Of a stretch of DNA of 64,000 nt, positions 55,601-63,331 are shown one piece after another (within the stretch, counting starts at the first letter, position 1; each line of letters opens with the position of its first letter). The position numbers and the translations under genes are program-made. Location: the sequence record NC_041878.1; one strand, 5' to 3'. The notes under the pieces are model-generated. The model was not told the origin of the DNA, did no database searches, and saw only the letters and a program-made list of their open reading frames with translations.

Positions 55601-55825
55601 ATGGATAATCAACACAAACAAATTAAAGGATACCGAGATTTATCTCAGAAAGAGATTAATCAAATGAATGCATTAAAAGATATTGCTAATAAAGTTGGCG
55701 ATATTATTGAAGCACTACAAGATGACCCTGACGTTGATCAACGATGGCTTGCAATTGCGAAGACTGACCTTCAAAAAGGTTTCATGTCAGCAGTTCGAAG
55801 CGTTGCTAAACCGGACTCGTTTTAA
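55601..55825 (+). CDS. acb2: anti-CBASS cyclic-nucleotide sponge, Acb2 family
   Basis: MDNQHKQIKGYRDLSQKEI..MN...RWLAIAKTDLQKGFM...AKPDSF matches Acb2/Vs.4 as recalled. Confidence 0.85.
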   Translation: MDNQHKQIKGYRDLSQKEINQMNALKDIANKVGDIIEALQDDPDVDQRWLAIAKTDLQKGFMSAVRSVAKPDSF

Positions 55826-56223
55826 TGGACAAATATGATCGTTTAGATTCAATAGGTGAAGAACACCTGTTGAGCTTGATGAAAGTACAAAATCCAAGAA
55901 CAATGATAGGATTATCTGACCAGATAGTGTTTAATGAAAATGATTCATTCTCACTTATTACTGGAGAGGTAATCCTTTTTCATTTGGATGATGGTAGTAA
56001 CACATTTAGTGTAATGATACTACCAAACAATACATTCAAAGTACTGTACTATGTAACAGATGATGAAGATGATGGTAACTACATATTCACTTTCAACAAT
56101 GTTCCATATGATATTACTGAAGAATGGCATTTTCAAAAGAGTACACAAAAACGTTTACCATTCACTTATGAATTTCATGAGAAGATGAAAGAATTCGTTG
56201 AGTACTGTTTGAAGTTAATTTAA
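55825..56223 (+). CDS. hypothetical protein, EExxFQxxT family
   Basis: TEEWHFQKSTQK. Confidence 0.7.
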   Translation: MDKYDRLDSIGEEHLLSLMKVQNPRTMIGLSDQIVFNENDSFSLITGEVILFHLDDGSNTFSVMILPNNTFKVLYYVTDDEDDGNYIFTFNNVPYDITEEWHFQKSTQKRLPFTYEFHEKMKEFVEYCLKLI

Positions 56224-56226
56224 CCT

Positions 56227-56300
56227 AGCGGGTTAGTATAGAGGCATTACACTCGACTGATAATCGAGCGAAGGCGGATCGTTACCGCCACCCGCTACCA
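56227..56300 (+). tRNA. tRNA-Ile(GAT), atypical T loop
   Basis: CTCGA-CTGATAA-TCGAG; GGCGG-ATCGTTA-CCGCC; CCA. Confidence 0.9.
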
Positions 56301-56310
56301 ACGAATTTTC

Positions 56311-56448
56311 GGAATCTAACAGCAATTAAAAATGTTAACTAAAAAATAGCTGCCGCAAGGCTTGTAGGTTCAAGTCCTACAAATTATGTCTTCATGAATA
56401 ATGATGGTGAAAATGGTAAACACGGCTATTAACTAAACAATGGATTCC
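56311..56448 (+). ncRNA. circularly permuted class II (Leu-like) tRNA mimic, ACAGCAA family
   Basis: GGAATC-TAACAGCAA; ATAGC; CC-GCAA-GG variable arm; TGTAGG-TTCAAGT-CCTACA; D arm GGTGAAAATGGTAAACAC; GCTAT; GGATTCC. Confidence 0.8.
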
Positions 56449-56464
56449 TGTATTAATTAAACCA

Positions 56465-56560
56465 CAAGAGCATACGTACATTGATTCAATAATCTATAGG
56501 CTTTGTACGATGGGTGGCAGATGGATTATCATCTGAAGATAGTTACGCTGCGGCTATCAA
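56465..56560 (+). ncRNA. candidate three-hairpin RNA
   Basis: CGTACA/TGTACG, CAGATG/CATCTG, GATAG/CTATC hairpins in tandem. Confidence 0.3.
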
Positions 56561-56567
56561 CAAAATT

Positions 56568-56712
56568 TGGAATTTGCCAGCAATTAACTTATTCAACGCT
56601 GCGGGTCGCAGGTTCGAGTCCTGCCAGATATGAAATGATGCTTCGTAAGATAAATCAGATTAGTACTGTAGCTCAGTTGGGAGAGCAGCAGCCCACACAA
56701 AGATGAATTCCA
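56568..56712 (+). ncRNA. circularly permuted tRNA mimic, ACAGCAA family
   Basis: TGGAATT-TGCCAGCAA; GCTGC; GCAGG-TTCGAGT-CCTGC; CAG/CTG; TAGCTCAGTTGGGAGAGC; GCAGC; GAATTCCA. Confidence 0.85.
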
Positions 56713-56725
56713 GTATTAATTAAGT

Positions 56726-56902
56726 AGGGCGGTTGTAACCAGTACTAGAATAATACTTAGGAGAGTAGTGACTCAATAGTACTAGTAGCTTTTCAGAAAT
56801 GAGAGCTTTCACGAGGCCAGCACAGTTAAGATCACAACTTAATTGTACACGTAGAGTTGGCAAAAAACGGATAAGTAGTCATTCACTGGTTAGGGTGGCC
56901 TT
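56726..56902 (+). ncRNA. candidate nested multi-helix RNA
   Basis: TAACCAGT/ACTGGTTA, GTGACT/AGTCAT, GCCAGC/GTTGGC, ACAGTTAAG/CTTAATTGT. Confidence 0.5.
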
Positions 56903-56959
56903 ATAAACTATTAATTGAGACATAAATATTCCTATACGTTTTTTAGTAAGGATATAATT

Positions 56960-57559
56960 ATGGAAATGAAAAAACTAATGGAAGATATTTCTGCCATTAT
57001 GGAAGGACAATTACCTGACTATTACTATCATGGTAGTTCTTCACCAATCACAAATTTCAGTGATGAGTTTGTTGGTAGAGGTAATGATGAATACGGTCCT
57101 GGTATATATTTTAGCTCCGTTCCTAGTACTGCAATTGGTTATGCCAAAGATGGTGCAAATGGTGTAGTATATCAGTGTCAGATAACTTTAAGAAAAGTAC
57201 TCTCAAAGAAACAAAAAATCAATAAAGCAGTACTTTTAAAGTTAATGCAAGCAACACCAGATGATGAAGCATATACTAATTGGGATGAAAACCCCAATAG
57301 AGCATATCAAAATGCATTGAATTCATATATTGATGCAGAAACTAATATGTATGATGCTTTGATGGATGTATGGTACGATTGGTATCGTTATCATGGTACT
57401 GAATTTGTACGTAATCTTGTTAAATTAGGTTATGATGGTTATATCTACGAATTTCCAAATGGAGAAAGATTTGTAGTAGTATATAATCCAGCAAGTATTA
57501 AAGTTGTAAATAGTTATTCTCCAGAAGAAGCTCTACAAACACTAGTTAAATCTAAATAA
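56960..57559 (+). CDS. ADP-ribosyltransferase-fold protein (ART-PolyVal-like)
   Basis: YHGS....F...GPGIYFS....AIGYA...LGYDGYI...VVYNP..IK. Confidence 0.6.
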   Translation: MEMKKLMEDISAIMEGQLPDYYYHGSSSPITNFSDEFVGRGNDEYGPGIYFSSVPSTAIGYAKDGANGVVYQCQITLRKVLSKKQKINKAVLLKLMQATPDDEAYTNWDENPNRAYQNALNSYIDAETNMYDALMDVWYDWYRYHGTEFVRNLVKLGYDGYIYEFPNGERFVVVYNPASIKVVNSYSPEEALQTLVKSK

Positions 57560-57593
57560 TTATAGTACTAACTATATTAGAAGGATTTTTAAA

Positions 57594-57947
57594 GTGTTTA
57601 AGACTAGATTAAAAGTTGAATTAATCAACAACGAAGGAAAGAAGTGGAAACTTATTGAAGATTTAGTTTACGAAGATGAAATGCATGGAAGAATTACTGT
57701 TCCTGCTGGATTTGAAACTGACTTTGCAAGTGTACCTAGAATACCAGTTGTGTTTGAATTGGTAGGGGATCGTGGTCATGCAGCAGCAACACTTCACGAT
57801 TGGTTGTATCATAATGATAATCTATCACGTAAAGAAGTTGATAAGATTCTACTTCAGGCTTTAAGAGATACGAATGTGGGTAAAGTTCGTTCATATTTGA
57901 TGTACTTTGGTGTACGTGGATTTGGATGGTTATTCTACATGAAATAA
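57594..57947 (+). CDS. DUF1353 family protein
   Basis: ITVPAGFETDFASVPR...AATLHDWLY. Confidence 0.85.
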   Translation: MFKTRLKVELINNEGKKWKLIEDLVYEDEMHGRITVPAGFETDFASVPRIPVVFELVGDRGHAAATLHDWLYHNDNLSRKEVDKILLQALRDTNVGKVRSYLMYFGVRGFGWLFYMK

Positions 57948-57952
57948 GAATT

Positions 57953-58210
57953 TGGAATTTAACAGCACAAAACATTTTGTCGCAGGTTCGAATCCTGCCA
58001 GAAATATTTAATTTGTAGATTACTTTATTATCATTTTCTAGATATTGATAATATTGAACATGTAACACCGTGGAGGTAACAGCTTTAGCGGGTTGTGAGA
58101 TAAACGCAGGGGTTACAATATATGTTGCAACGACCGATATGGCTAATCATAACAAATTAACTTAGTTCTGTAGCTTAGCTGGTAGAGCAAATGATAACGA
58201 ATAAATTCCA
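57953..58210 (+). ncRNA. circularly permuted tRNA mimic with 162-nt acceptor-stem insert
   Basis: TGGAATTT-AACAGCA; CATTT; GCAGG-TTCGAAT-CCTGC; CAGAA..TTCTG; TAGCTTAGCTGGTAGAGC; AAATG; AAATTCCA. Confidence 0.8.
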
Positions 58211-58245
58211 GTATTAATTAAACTAAAAAAAAAAGGTGCAATACA

Positions 58246-58680
58246 GTGGAACACGCTTTTAAAATTAACATCGGAGATTATTCTGATGATGGTCATGGTA
58301 AAAACGAAGTTATTATTGTTAAAAGTACTAAATCAGTACAAGATGTACTTAATGCGTTCATCAGTGCTGGTACTAAATTGAATGTAGTTCAACATGGTAG
58401 ATTTGTAATTGCTGAAGAATATGAAGATTCAAAGCTAAGTAATGAACATGCTGACTTCCTTCGTAATGCAGGTATCGAATTCGAAGATCTAGTTTATAAC
58501 GATGGTGACGAAGAAGAACCTGAATACATGATTAACGGCACTAATGAAATCATCCATTTAGTAATGCGTATTGCACAAACAGAATTAGACTTCGATTATC
58601 AAATTGCGAATGATACAATTCCATCATTCAATGGTTTTAGTGGAGCGGGTCCACAAATCGGATACGGTCTATTCTGGTAA
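58246..58680 (+). CDS. conserved phage hypothetical protein
   Basis: IGDYSDDGHGK...IGYGLF. Confidence 0.8.
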   Translation: MEHAFKINIGDYSDDGHGKNEVIIVKSTKSVQDVLNAFISAGTKLNVVQHGRFVIAEEYEDSKLSNEHADFLRNAGIEFEDLVYNDGDEEEPEYMINGTNEIIHLVMRIAQTELDFDYQIANDTIPSFNGFSGAGPQIGYGLFW

Positions 58681-58687
58681 TAAAATT

Positions 58688-58753
58688 TGGAATCTAGCAG
58701 CAACCATAAAATGAAATCAACTGTTAATTGAAAACCTCAAAAAATGGATTCCA
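58688..58753 (+). ncRNA. minimal ACAGCAA family RNA carrying Asn-type anticodon hairpin
   Basis: TGGAATC-TAGCAGCAA...TCAA-CTGTTAA-TTGA...GGATTCCA. Confidence 0.65.
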
Positions 58754-58760
58754 GCCTTTT

Positions 58761-59072
58761 ATGAATATAAAAGAAATTGTAGAACAAATTGAAAGTACTA
58801 TGAAAACTTCAGGTGATAATTACATGAAGGAGTTAATACTAACAAATAGGAAGAAATTACGTAACACATTCTGTGATGAATGTAATTCTTACTCCGTGTT
58901 CATGATAGTACATGATGAATTATGGAACATCATAAGTGACGGTAACTTAGATATTTTCTTATGTCCTAAATGTATGGAAAATCGATTAGGTAGAAAAATA
59001 GAAATTGCTGATTTAAAAATTTGTAATGTAAATTACCCTTACTTTTTAGCATTACAAATGATTGAAAAATAA
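58761..59072 (+). CDS. hypothetical protein with CxxC motifs
   Basis: CDEC...LCPKCMENRLGR. Confidence 0.65.
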   Translation: MNIKEIVEQIESTMKTSGDNYMKELILTNRKKLRNTFCDECNSYSVFMIVHDELWNIISDGNLDIFLCPKCMENRLGRKIEIADLKICNVNYPYFLALQMIEK

Positions 59073-59073
59073 A

Positions 59074-59102
59074 TGAAACGCCACAAGAAATTGTGGTATA
59101 AT
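59074..59102 (+). promoter_or_regulatory. class-B promoter
   Basis: TGAAAC-17-TATAAT before tRNA-Asn. Confidence 0.8.
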
Positions 59103-59122
59103 ATAAGTAAGAAAAACAACTT

Positions 59123-59196
59123 GACTGTATAGCTCAGAGGCAGAGCGGCTCCCTGTTAAGGAGAAGGTCGGGATTTCGAAATTCCCTACGGTCGCA
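59123..59196 (+). tRNA. tRNA-Asn(GTT)
   Basis: CTCC-CTGTTAA-GGAG; acceptor GACTGTA/TACGGTC. Confidence 0.9.
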
Positions 59197-59320
59197 AAGA
59201 ATCAAATTCACCAGGCGTACTATGGTGCAATACGGATAGCATGTTATTCTATAAGATTGGAATAGAATACGTATTAGAACCTTGTAAAGTTCTTCTGTAA
59301 ACTCAATTTGATACCTTCTT

Positions 59321-59387
59321 TAGAATCTAACAGCAAACACATTTAAACATATATTTTTGGGATATAAAACGTTAAAAACGGATTCTA
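59321..59387 (+). ncRNA. minimal ACAGCAA family RNA
   Basis: TAGAATC-TAACAGCAA...TATAT-TTTTGGG-ATATA...GATTCTA. Confidence 0.6.
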
Positions 59388-59417
59388 GTCTTATTAAAAG
59401 CAATCGAGAATATTTAC

Positions 59418-59648
59418 ATGAAAACGATCAAAATGTATTTGCTACAACGTCCAGGCCGCGATGATGATTATATCTCAGTACTAGATGATAAAATCAACGT
59501 TCAGTCAAGTCTATTAAAACATATGTGGAATGACCCAAGTAAGATCAATTTCAAAATTCTGACATTCCCTTATACATTAGAAACCTATTATGGTGATTCT
59601 AATGTTCTGGAAGATGCAGTACTATTATGGGAACATAATATAGATTAA
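59418..59648 (+). CDS. hypothetical protein
   Basis: Co-oriented ORF. Confidence 0.65.
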   Translation: MKTIKMYLLQRPGRDDDYISVLDDKINVQSSLLKHMWNDPSKINFKILTFPYTLETYYGDSNVLEDAVLLWEHNID

Positions 59649-59653
59649 AAATT

Positions 59654-59709
59654 TAGAATCTAACAGCAATTAAAACTCATTTGGATAATATGAAAACCGA
59701 TAGATTCTA
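59654..59709 (+). ncRNA. minimal ACAGCAA family RNA (near-identical to 60718-60772)
   Basis: TAGAATCTAACAGCAATTAAAACTCATTTGGATAATATGAAAA...TAGATTCTA. Confidence 0.65.
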
Positions 59710-59715
59710 GTCTTT

Positions 59716-59790
59716 AGGCGTATAGTGTAATTGGTTAGCACACCAGGTTTTGATCCTGGTAATCGAGGTTCAAGTCCTTGTATGCCTGCA
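59716..59790 (+). tRNA. tRNA-Gln(TTG)
   Basis: CCAGG-TTTTGAT-CCTGG; CGAGG-TTCAAGT-CCTTG. Confidence 0.9.
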
Positions 59791-59809
59791 AAATAAAATA
59801 AGGCAAATT

Positions 59810-60058
59810 ATGTTCGAACAAGAATACAGCAATTCAACTCCAGTACAAGATATGCTTGCATATTTTGTAACCGGTACAGTACGAATTAGCGATTATATGG
59901 TTGAAGAACCAAGAAGATATAATAAGTCACACATTGTTTATGCTCTTGATGAAAATGACGCAGAACGTAAGTTCATAGAACATTATGAAAAGAAAACTTC
60001 AGAGTATGAACGTTACTACAGTGTAAGTAATGTAGAAGTTTCAGAAACCTTAATTTAA
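59810..60058 (+). CDS. hypothetical protein
   Basis: Start moved past tRNA to MFEQE. Confidence 0.7.
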   Translation: MFEQEYSNSTPVQDMLAYFVTGTVRISDYMVEEPRRYNKSHIVYALDENDAERKFIEHYEKKTSEYERYYSVSNVEVSETLI

Positions 60059-60194
60059 AAAATTTCATTTCCTTGTGAAACAAGCTCGCATGATTCCCCT
60101 AGCTTGTAAAATTGTATGATGGGAACCGCGTTGCACCTGTACAGGTCAGATTGTAAAGATCAAGTATGTACAGTACTGAGAGCGGCAGTACACT

Positions 60195-60269
60195 GCATCC
60201 ATCGTATATCGGCTATTATAATTGGCTTCCACCCAATAGAACGGAGTTCGACCCTCCGTGGATGCTCGA
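60195..60269 (+). tRNA. tRNA-Gly(TCC)
   Basis: ATTGG-CTTCCAC-CCAAT; U73. Confidence 0.9.
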
Positions 60270-60383
60270 AGATTAACAAACAATAAGGTAAATTATATGC
60301 TATAGAATCCTAGTACTGGTCCTCCTGATAAGTTTAATTCAGAACAAACTACTAAATTAAACAATATCAAAAAGGAACATATT

Positions 60384-60710
60384 ATGTTAAACAAAGAACA
60401 ATACATTACTGTAAAAGCAACCTGGAAAAAAGTAAAAGAGCACACTGTACACGAACACATTATCTATAATGTACTTCGGGGTAAAGAGGCTGATGAAGGG
60501 TTTGTAGCTTTAACTGATTGGGGTCGTTTGAATGCAAGTGATAACAATCCGTGGTTCAACTATGATAACGCAGTACGCGAAATTCACTATCAGTTGAATG
60601 CTAAACGTTATAACTATGAAGGTACAGTAAAACATTATTCCGATGTTTTCGGCATTGATTTAACACCTGAACTAATTGCAGAAGTACTACAAGCAATTAA
60701 GTTCAAGTAA
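60384..60710 (+). CDS. conserved phage hypothetical protein
   Basis: SD AAGGA; HIIYNVLRGK. Confidence 0.75.
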   Translation: MLNKEQYITVKATWKKVKEHTVHEHIIYNVLRGKEADEGFVALTDWGRLNASDNNPWFNYDNAVREIHYQLNAKRYNYEGTVKHYSDVFGIDLTPELIAEVLQAIKFK

Positions 60711-60717
60711 CAGAATT

Positions 60718-60772
60718 TAGAATCTAACAGCAATTAAACTCATTTGGATAATATGAAAAACAATAGATTCTA
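60718..60772 (+). ncRNA. minimal ACAGCAA family RNA
   Basis: Direct repeat of 59654-59709. Confidence 0.65.
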
Positions 60773-60797
60773 GTACTTTTTTAGCTAAGAGACAAAT

Positions 60798-61034
60798 ATG
60801 AAACGTGAATTCATGCATTTTATGCCTGAGCCAAAAGCGAAAGAACCAAAGAAAACAATGACTCCTGAAGCATTTGCTGATATGGTTGAAGAACAAATCA
60901 GAAAAATGTTGGAAGATGGTGAAGAATATGGTGAACTTCGAATTGATATTCCTGAGAATTTAACTCCAGAACAAGCTGCACAGTTTGTTGAAGAAATCAT
61001 CAAACGTTTCAATAGTGAGGAAGATGATGAGTAA
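60798..61034 (+). CDS. hypothetical acidic protein
   Basis: Co-oriented ORF. Confidence 0.7.
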   Translation: MKREFMHFMPEPKAKEPKKTMTPEAFADMVEEQIRKMLEDGEEYGELRIDIPENLTPEQAAQFVEEIIKRFNSEEDDE

Positions 61035-61512
61035 TACTACTGAAAGAACTTTACAGGTATTACGGATGTTCTTCAATAATAAAGAACAACTACAATCAAT
61101 GGTTGACAATGATACATTAAAATGTCATCCTTCTTTGAAGTTCTATGTTAAACATGTACTTGATGGTACTGTTGATAGTCTGGATATGCAACTATATTCA
61201 CGTGACATTAATGAGTATCACAAGATTTTCTTAGACTTAAAAGAAAAGAGTAAGCCAATTCACGGTAACTTCTACGATGACTTGCGTCAGCGTTACTTTG
61301 ATTTACTTAACTGTACACCAATTGAAAATCCCAATGAACCACTAAATGATACACATTTAGCATGGATGTTAACTAAACTCTCAGATGATACAATGTCTGA
61401 AACTAAAAAGCATCGTTGGTTGGGATACATTCAGGGTTGTATGGCGTACCGTGGATTTATTACAGTGAATGAGGAACGTGATAATACACGTGAAATATTC
61501 AAAGGAAAATAA
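61027..61512 (+). CDS. hypothetical protein
   Basis: C-terminal KKHRWLGYIQGCM motif. Confidence 0.75.
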   Translation: MSNTTERTLQVLRMFFNNKEQLQSMVDNDTLKCHPSLKFYVKHVLDGTVDSLDMQLYSRDINEYHKIFLDLKEKSKPIHGNFYDDLRQRYFDLLNCTPIENPNEPLNDTHLAWMLTKLSDDTMSETKKHRWLGYIQGCMAYRGFITVNEERDNTREIFKGK

Positions 61513-61513
61513 T

Positions 61514-61717
61514 ATGAAGTACTTTGTACGATACACATATAAAGCTGATTATAATAATGAAATTCATGATTATGATCGAATTGAAGAAAGTGATATTATT
61601 AGTACTGAAGAAGAATTTGATGATATTTACGATGTGAAAACAGTACTGAAAGGTATGTTCACATGGAAAAATCTTCAAGAAACAGATTTTGATATTATAG
61701 CTTTAACCAAGCTGTAA
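61514..61717 (+). CDS. hypothetical protein
   Basis: SD AAGGA. Confidence 0.7.
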   Translation: MKYFVRYTYKADYNNEIHDYDRIEESDIISTEEEFDDIYDVKTVLKGMFTWKNLQETDFDIIALTKL

Positions 61718-61724
61718 TATTTTT

Positions 61725-61798
61725 GGAGCCATCGTTCAACGGTTAGGATACGGCACTGTCACTGCTGAGATGGGGTTTCGATTACCCCTGGTTCCGCA
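61725..61798 (+). tRNA. tRNA-Asp(GTC)
   Basis: CGGCA-CTGTCAC-TGCTG; G73. Confidence 0.9.
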
Positions 61799-61818
61799 AA
61801 ATAAACAAAGAGACATAT

Positions 61819-62202
61819 ATGAGTATATCAGCATCCATAGATTTTAAAATAATACAAAAATCTGATTTTGATGGTATAAATTTAATCAGAGAAATACAAA
61901 CATTCATAGAACGTATTCAGCGATTGTCTTATTATACTGTTGAATTCGATAATGATTTAAATTATTTTTCAATTTTTTATGATAGATGGGATCATGTAAA
62001 TCATGACCATATTAAACAATCTATTTCAGGATTACATTCATTTGATTTAGAATACAAAGAACATGTTTACGATGGCAGTACTGAACCCTATACAATTAGA
62101 TTAGTAAAAGGTACTGGTGAATGTATCAATCAAATGATTAAATATTATCCGTGGCTTGAAATAGAAGATGAATCTGTACAGGTCGAAGATCTACATGAAT
62201 AA
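61819..62202 (+). CDS. hypothetical protein
   Basis: Co-oriented ORF. Confidence 0.65.
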   Translation: MSISASIDFKIIQKSDFDGINLIREIQTFIERIQRLSYYTVEFDNDLNYFSIFYDRWDHVNHDHIKQSISGLHSFDLEYKEHVYDGSTEPYTIRLVKGTGECINQMIKYYPWLEIEDESVQVEDLHE

Positions 62203-62458
62203 GAAAGCTAAGCAACGAATAATGAATAAATTAATCGAAGCTGAACCATCATTAAGTACTGACTATAAAAGACAGAATCGTTTTAAAAAGATTATTCTGA
62301 TGAGTAGTAGATGTACTGGTGACAAGATGAATGAAGAACGTATACTTAATATGTTGCTTCGTCATATTGAAAATGCAAAACAGTTTCATGCAGCAATAGC
62401 AAAAAGTGCAGTTCGTGAAGAACAATACTATGGTCTGTTGTGTGGTAAACCAAATTAG
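62195..62458 (+). CDS. hypothetical protein
   Basis: Start moved to MNKKA; ends in TAG. Confidence 0.65.
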   Translation: MNKKAKQRIMNKLIEAEPSLSTDYKRQNRFKKIILMSSRCTGDKMNEERILNMLLRHIENAKQFHAAIAKSAVREEQYYGLLCGKPN

Positions 62459-62641
62459 TAACAAAGAGTGTAAGGGTTAGTACTCAGTATCATATTCCCC
62501 CTCTGCCATCTTCCCCCATATGTTATGGGTTCTAGTCGCAGACACAGTTAGTACTTTGTTACTCGCGATTTTCCCGAAAGGGTGACGGTGTGAATAGTGC
62601 ACATCACTGCTGTACGTGACAGTACAGATTTTACAATAATT

Positions 62642-62719
62642 GTTTGTGTAGCTCAGTTGGAATTAGAGCATTTGTCTACGAAACAAAGGGTCGCAGGTTC
62701 GAGTCCTGCCATGAACACA
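62642..62719 (+). tRNA. tRNA-Arg(ACG)
   Basis: TTTGT-CTACGAA-ACAAA; GCAGG-TTCGAGT-CCTGC. Confidence 0.9.
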
Positions 62720-62739
62720 AAATCTAAAGGATTAATGAA

Positions 62740-62958
62740 ATGAGTAAATTACTAGACATGGTTAAAGACAAACACGTTAAGTTTAGCCATTATAAAGAAA
62801 ACGAGTTATGGTACAGTACTGAATGCGGCTTTATGTTTCCGGTTCCGGTATCTGATACAGGTAACGCAGAATTTAAAAATGAAGACAAAGCCACGTTCTT
62901 CATGCGTTGGATTCGTAAACATCTAGAAATGCTTACGAAAGAACAAGAAAATGCATGA
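62740..62958 (+). CDS. conserved phage hypothetical protein
   Basis: LWYSTECGFMFPVPVSDTGNAEF..EDKATFFMRWIRK. Confidence 0.8.
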   Translation: MSKLLDMVKDKHVKFSHYKENELWYSTECGFMFPVPVSDTGNAEFKNEDKATFFMRWIRKHLEMLTKEQENA

Positions 62959-63301
62959 TGAAACTTGGAAGGATTATCCCGATAAAAGGGATTTTCCATC
63001 CGAAGACCAATGGAAGAAGGTGCACTACGTACTCAATGTTTGCCAAACGGTAGGTGTTAAGTACTGTACATCGTACTTCACATATGAGTACTTTAGAAAG
63101 TACTGCTATGTACCGGATACGGGGTTTTGTTTTAACACACAATATGTGTATTTTGACGGAATTCCCCGATACATAGATAAAGTACATTCAGAAGAATCAT
63201 TCTTTCAGCAAAGTACTGTACATGATTATCATGATCTCACATTCGAAGAAATCATGATACTCAAAGAAATCTATGAATTTATAGTAGGGGATTTTCCGTA
63301 A
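62951..63301 (+). CDS. hypothetical protein, EExxFQxxT family
   Basis: SEESFFQQSTVHD. Confidence 0.7.
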   Translation: MHDETWKDYPDKRDFPSEDQWKKVHYVLNVCQTVGVKYCTSYFTYEYFRKYCYVPDTGFCFNTQYVYFDGIPRYIDKVHSEESFFQQSTVHDYHDLTFEEIMILKEIYEFIVGDFP

Positions 63302-63331
63302 GGGAAATCCCTTTTTTCGTTTAGGGATTAT

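Noticed and set aside
54098-56706. ORFs 54160-54351, 56503-56706, 57736-58068 and upstream extensions of 20853, 44678, 53806, 58728, 59750
   Set aside because: They run through tRNA or module-RNA sequence; true starts are downstream or absent
53567-58210. Calling the permuted RNAs canonical Ro60-binding Y RNAs
   Set aside because: The architecture fits YrlA, but the conserved ACAGCAA motif differs from the Ro60 site I know and no Ro60 gene is visible here; left as a hypothesis
59654-60772. Near-identical 55-nt repeats as a CRISPR array
   Set aside because: Only two copies 1 kb apart with genes between; no regular repeat-spacer period; no cas genes
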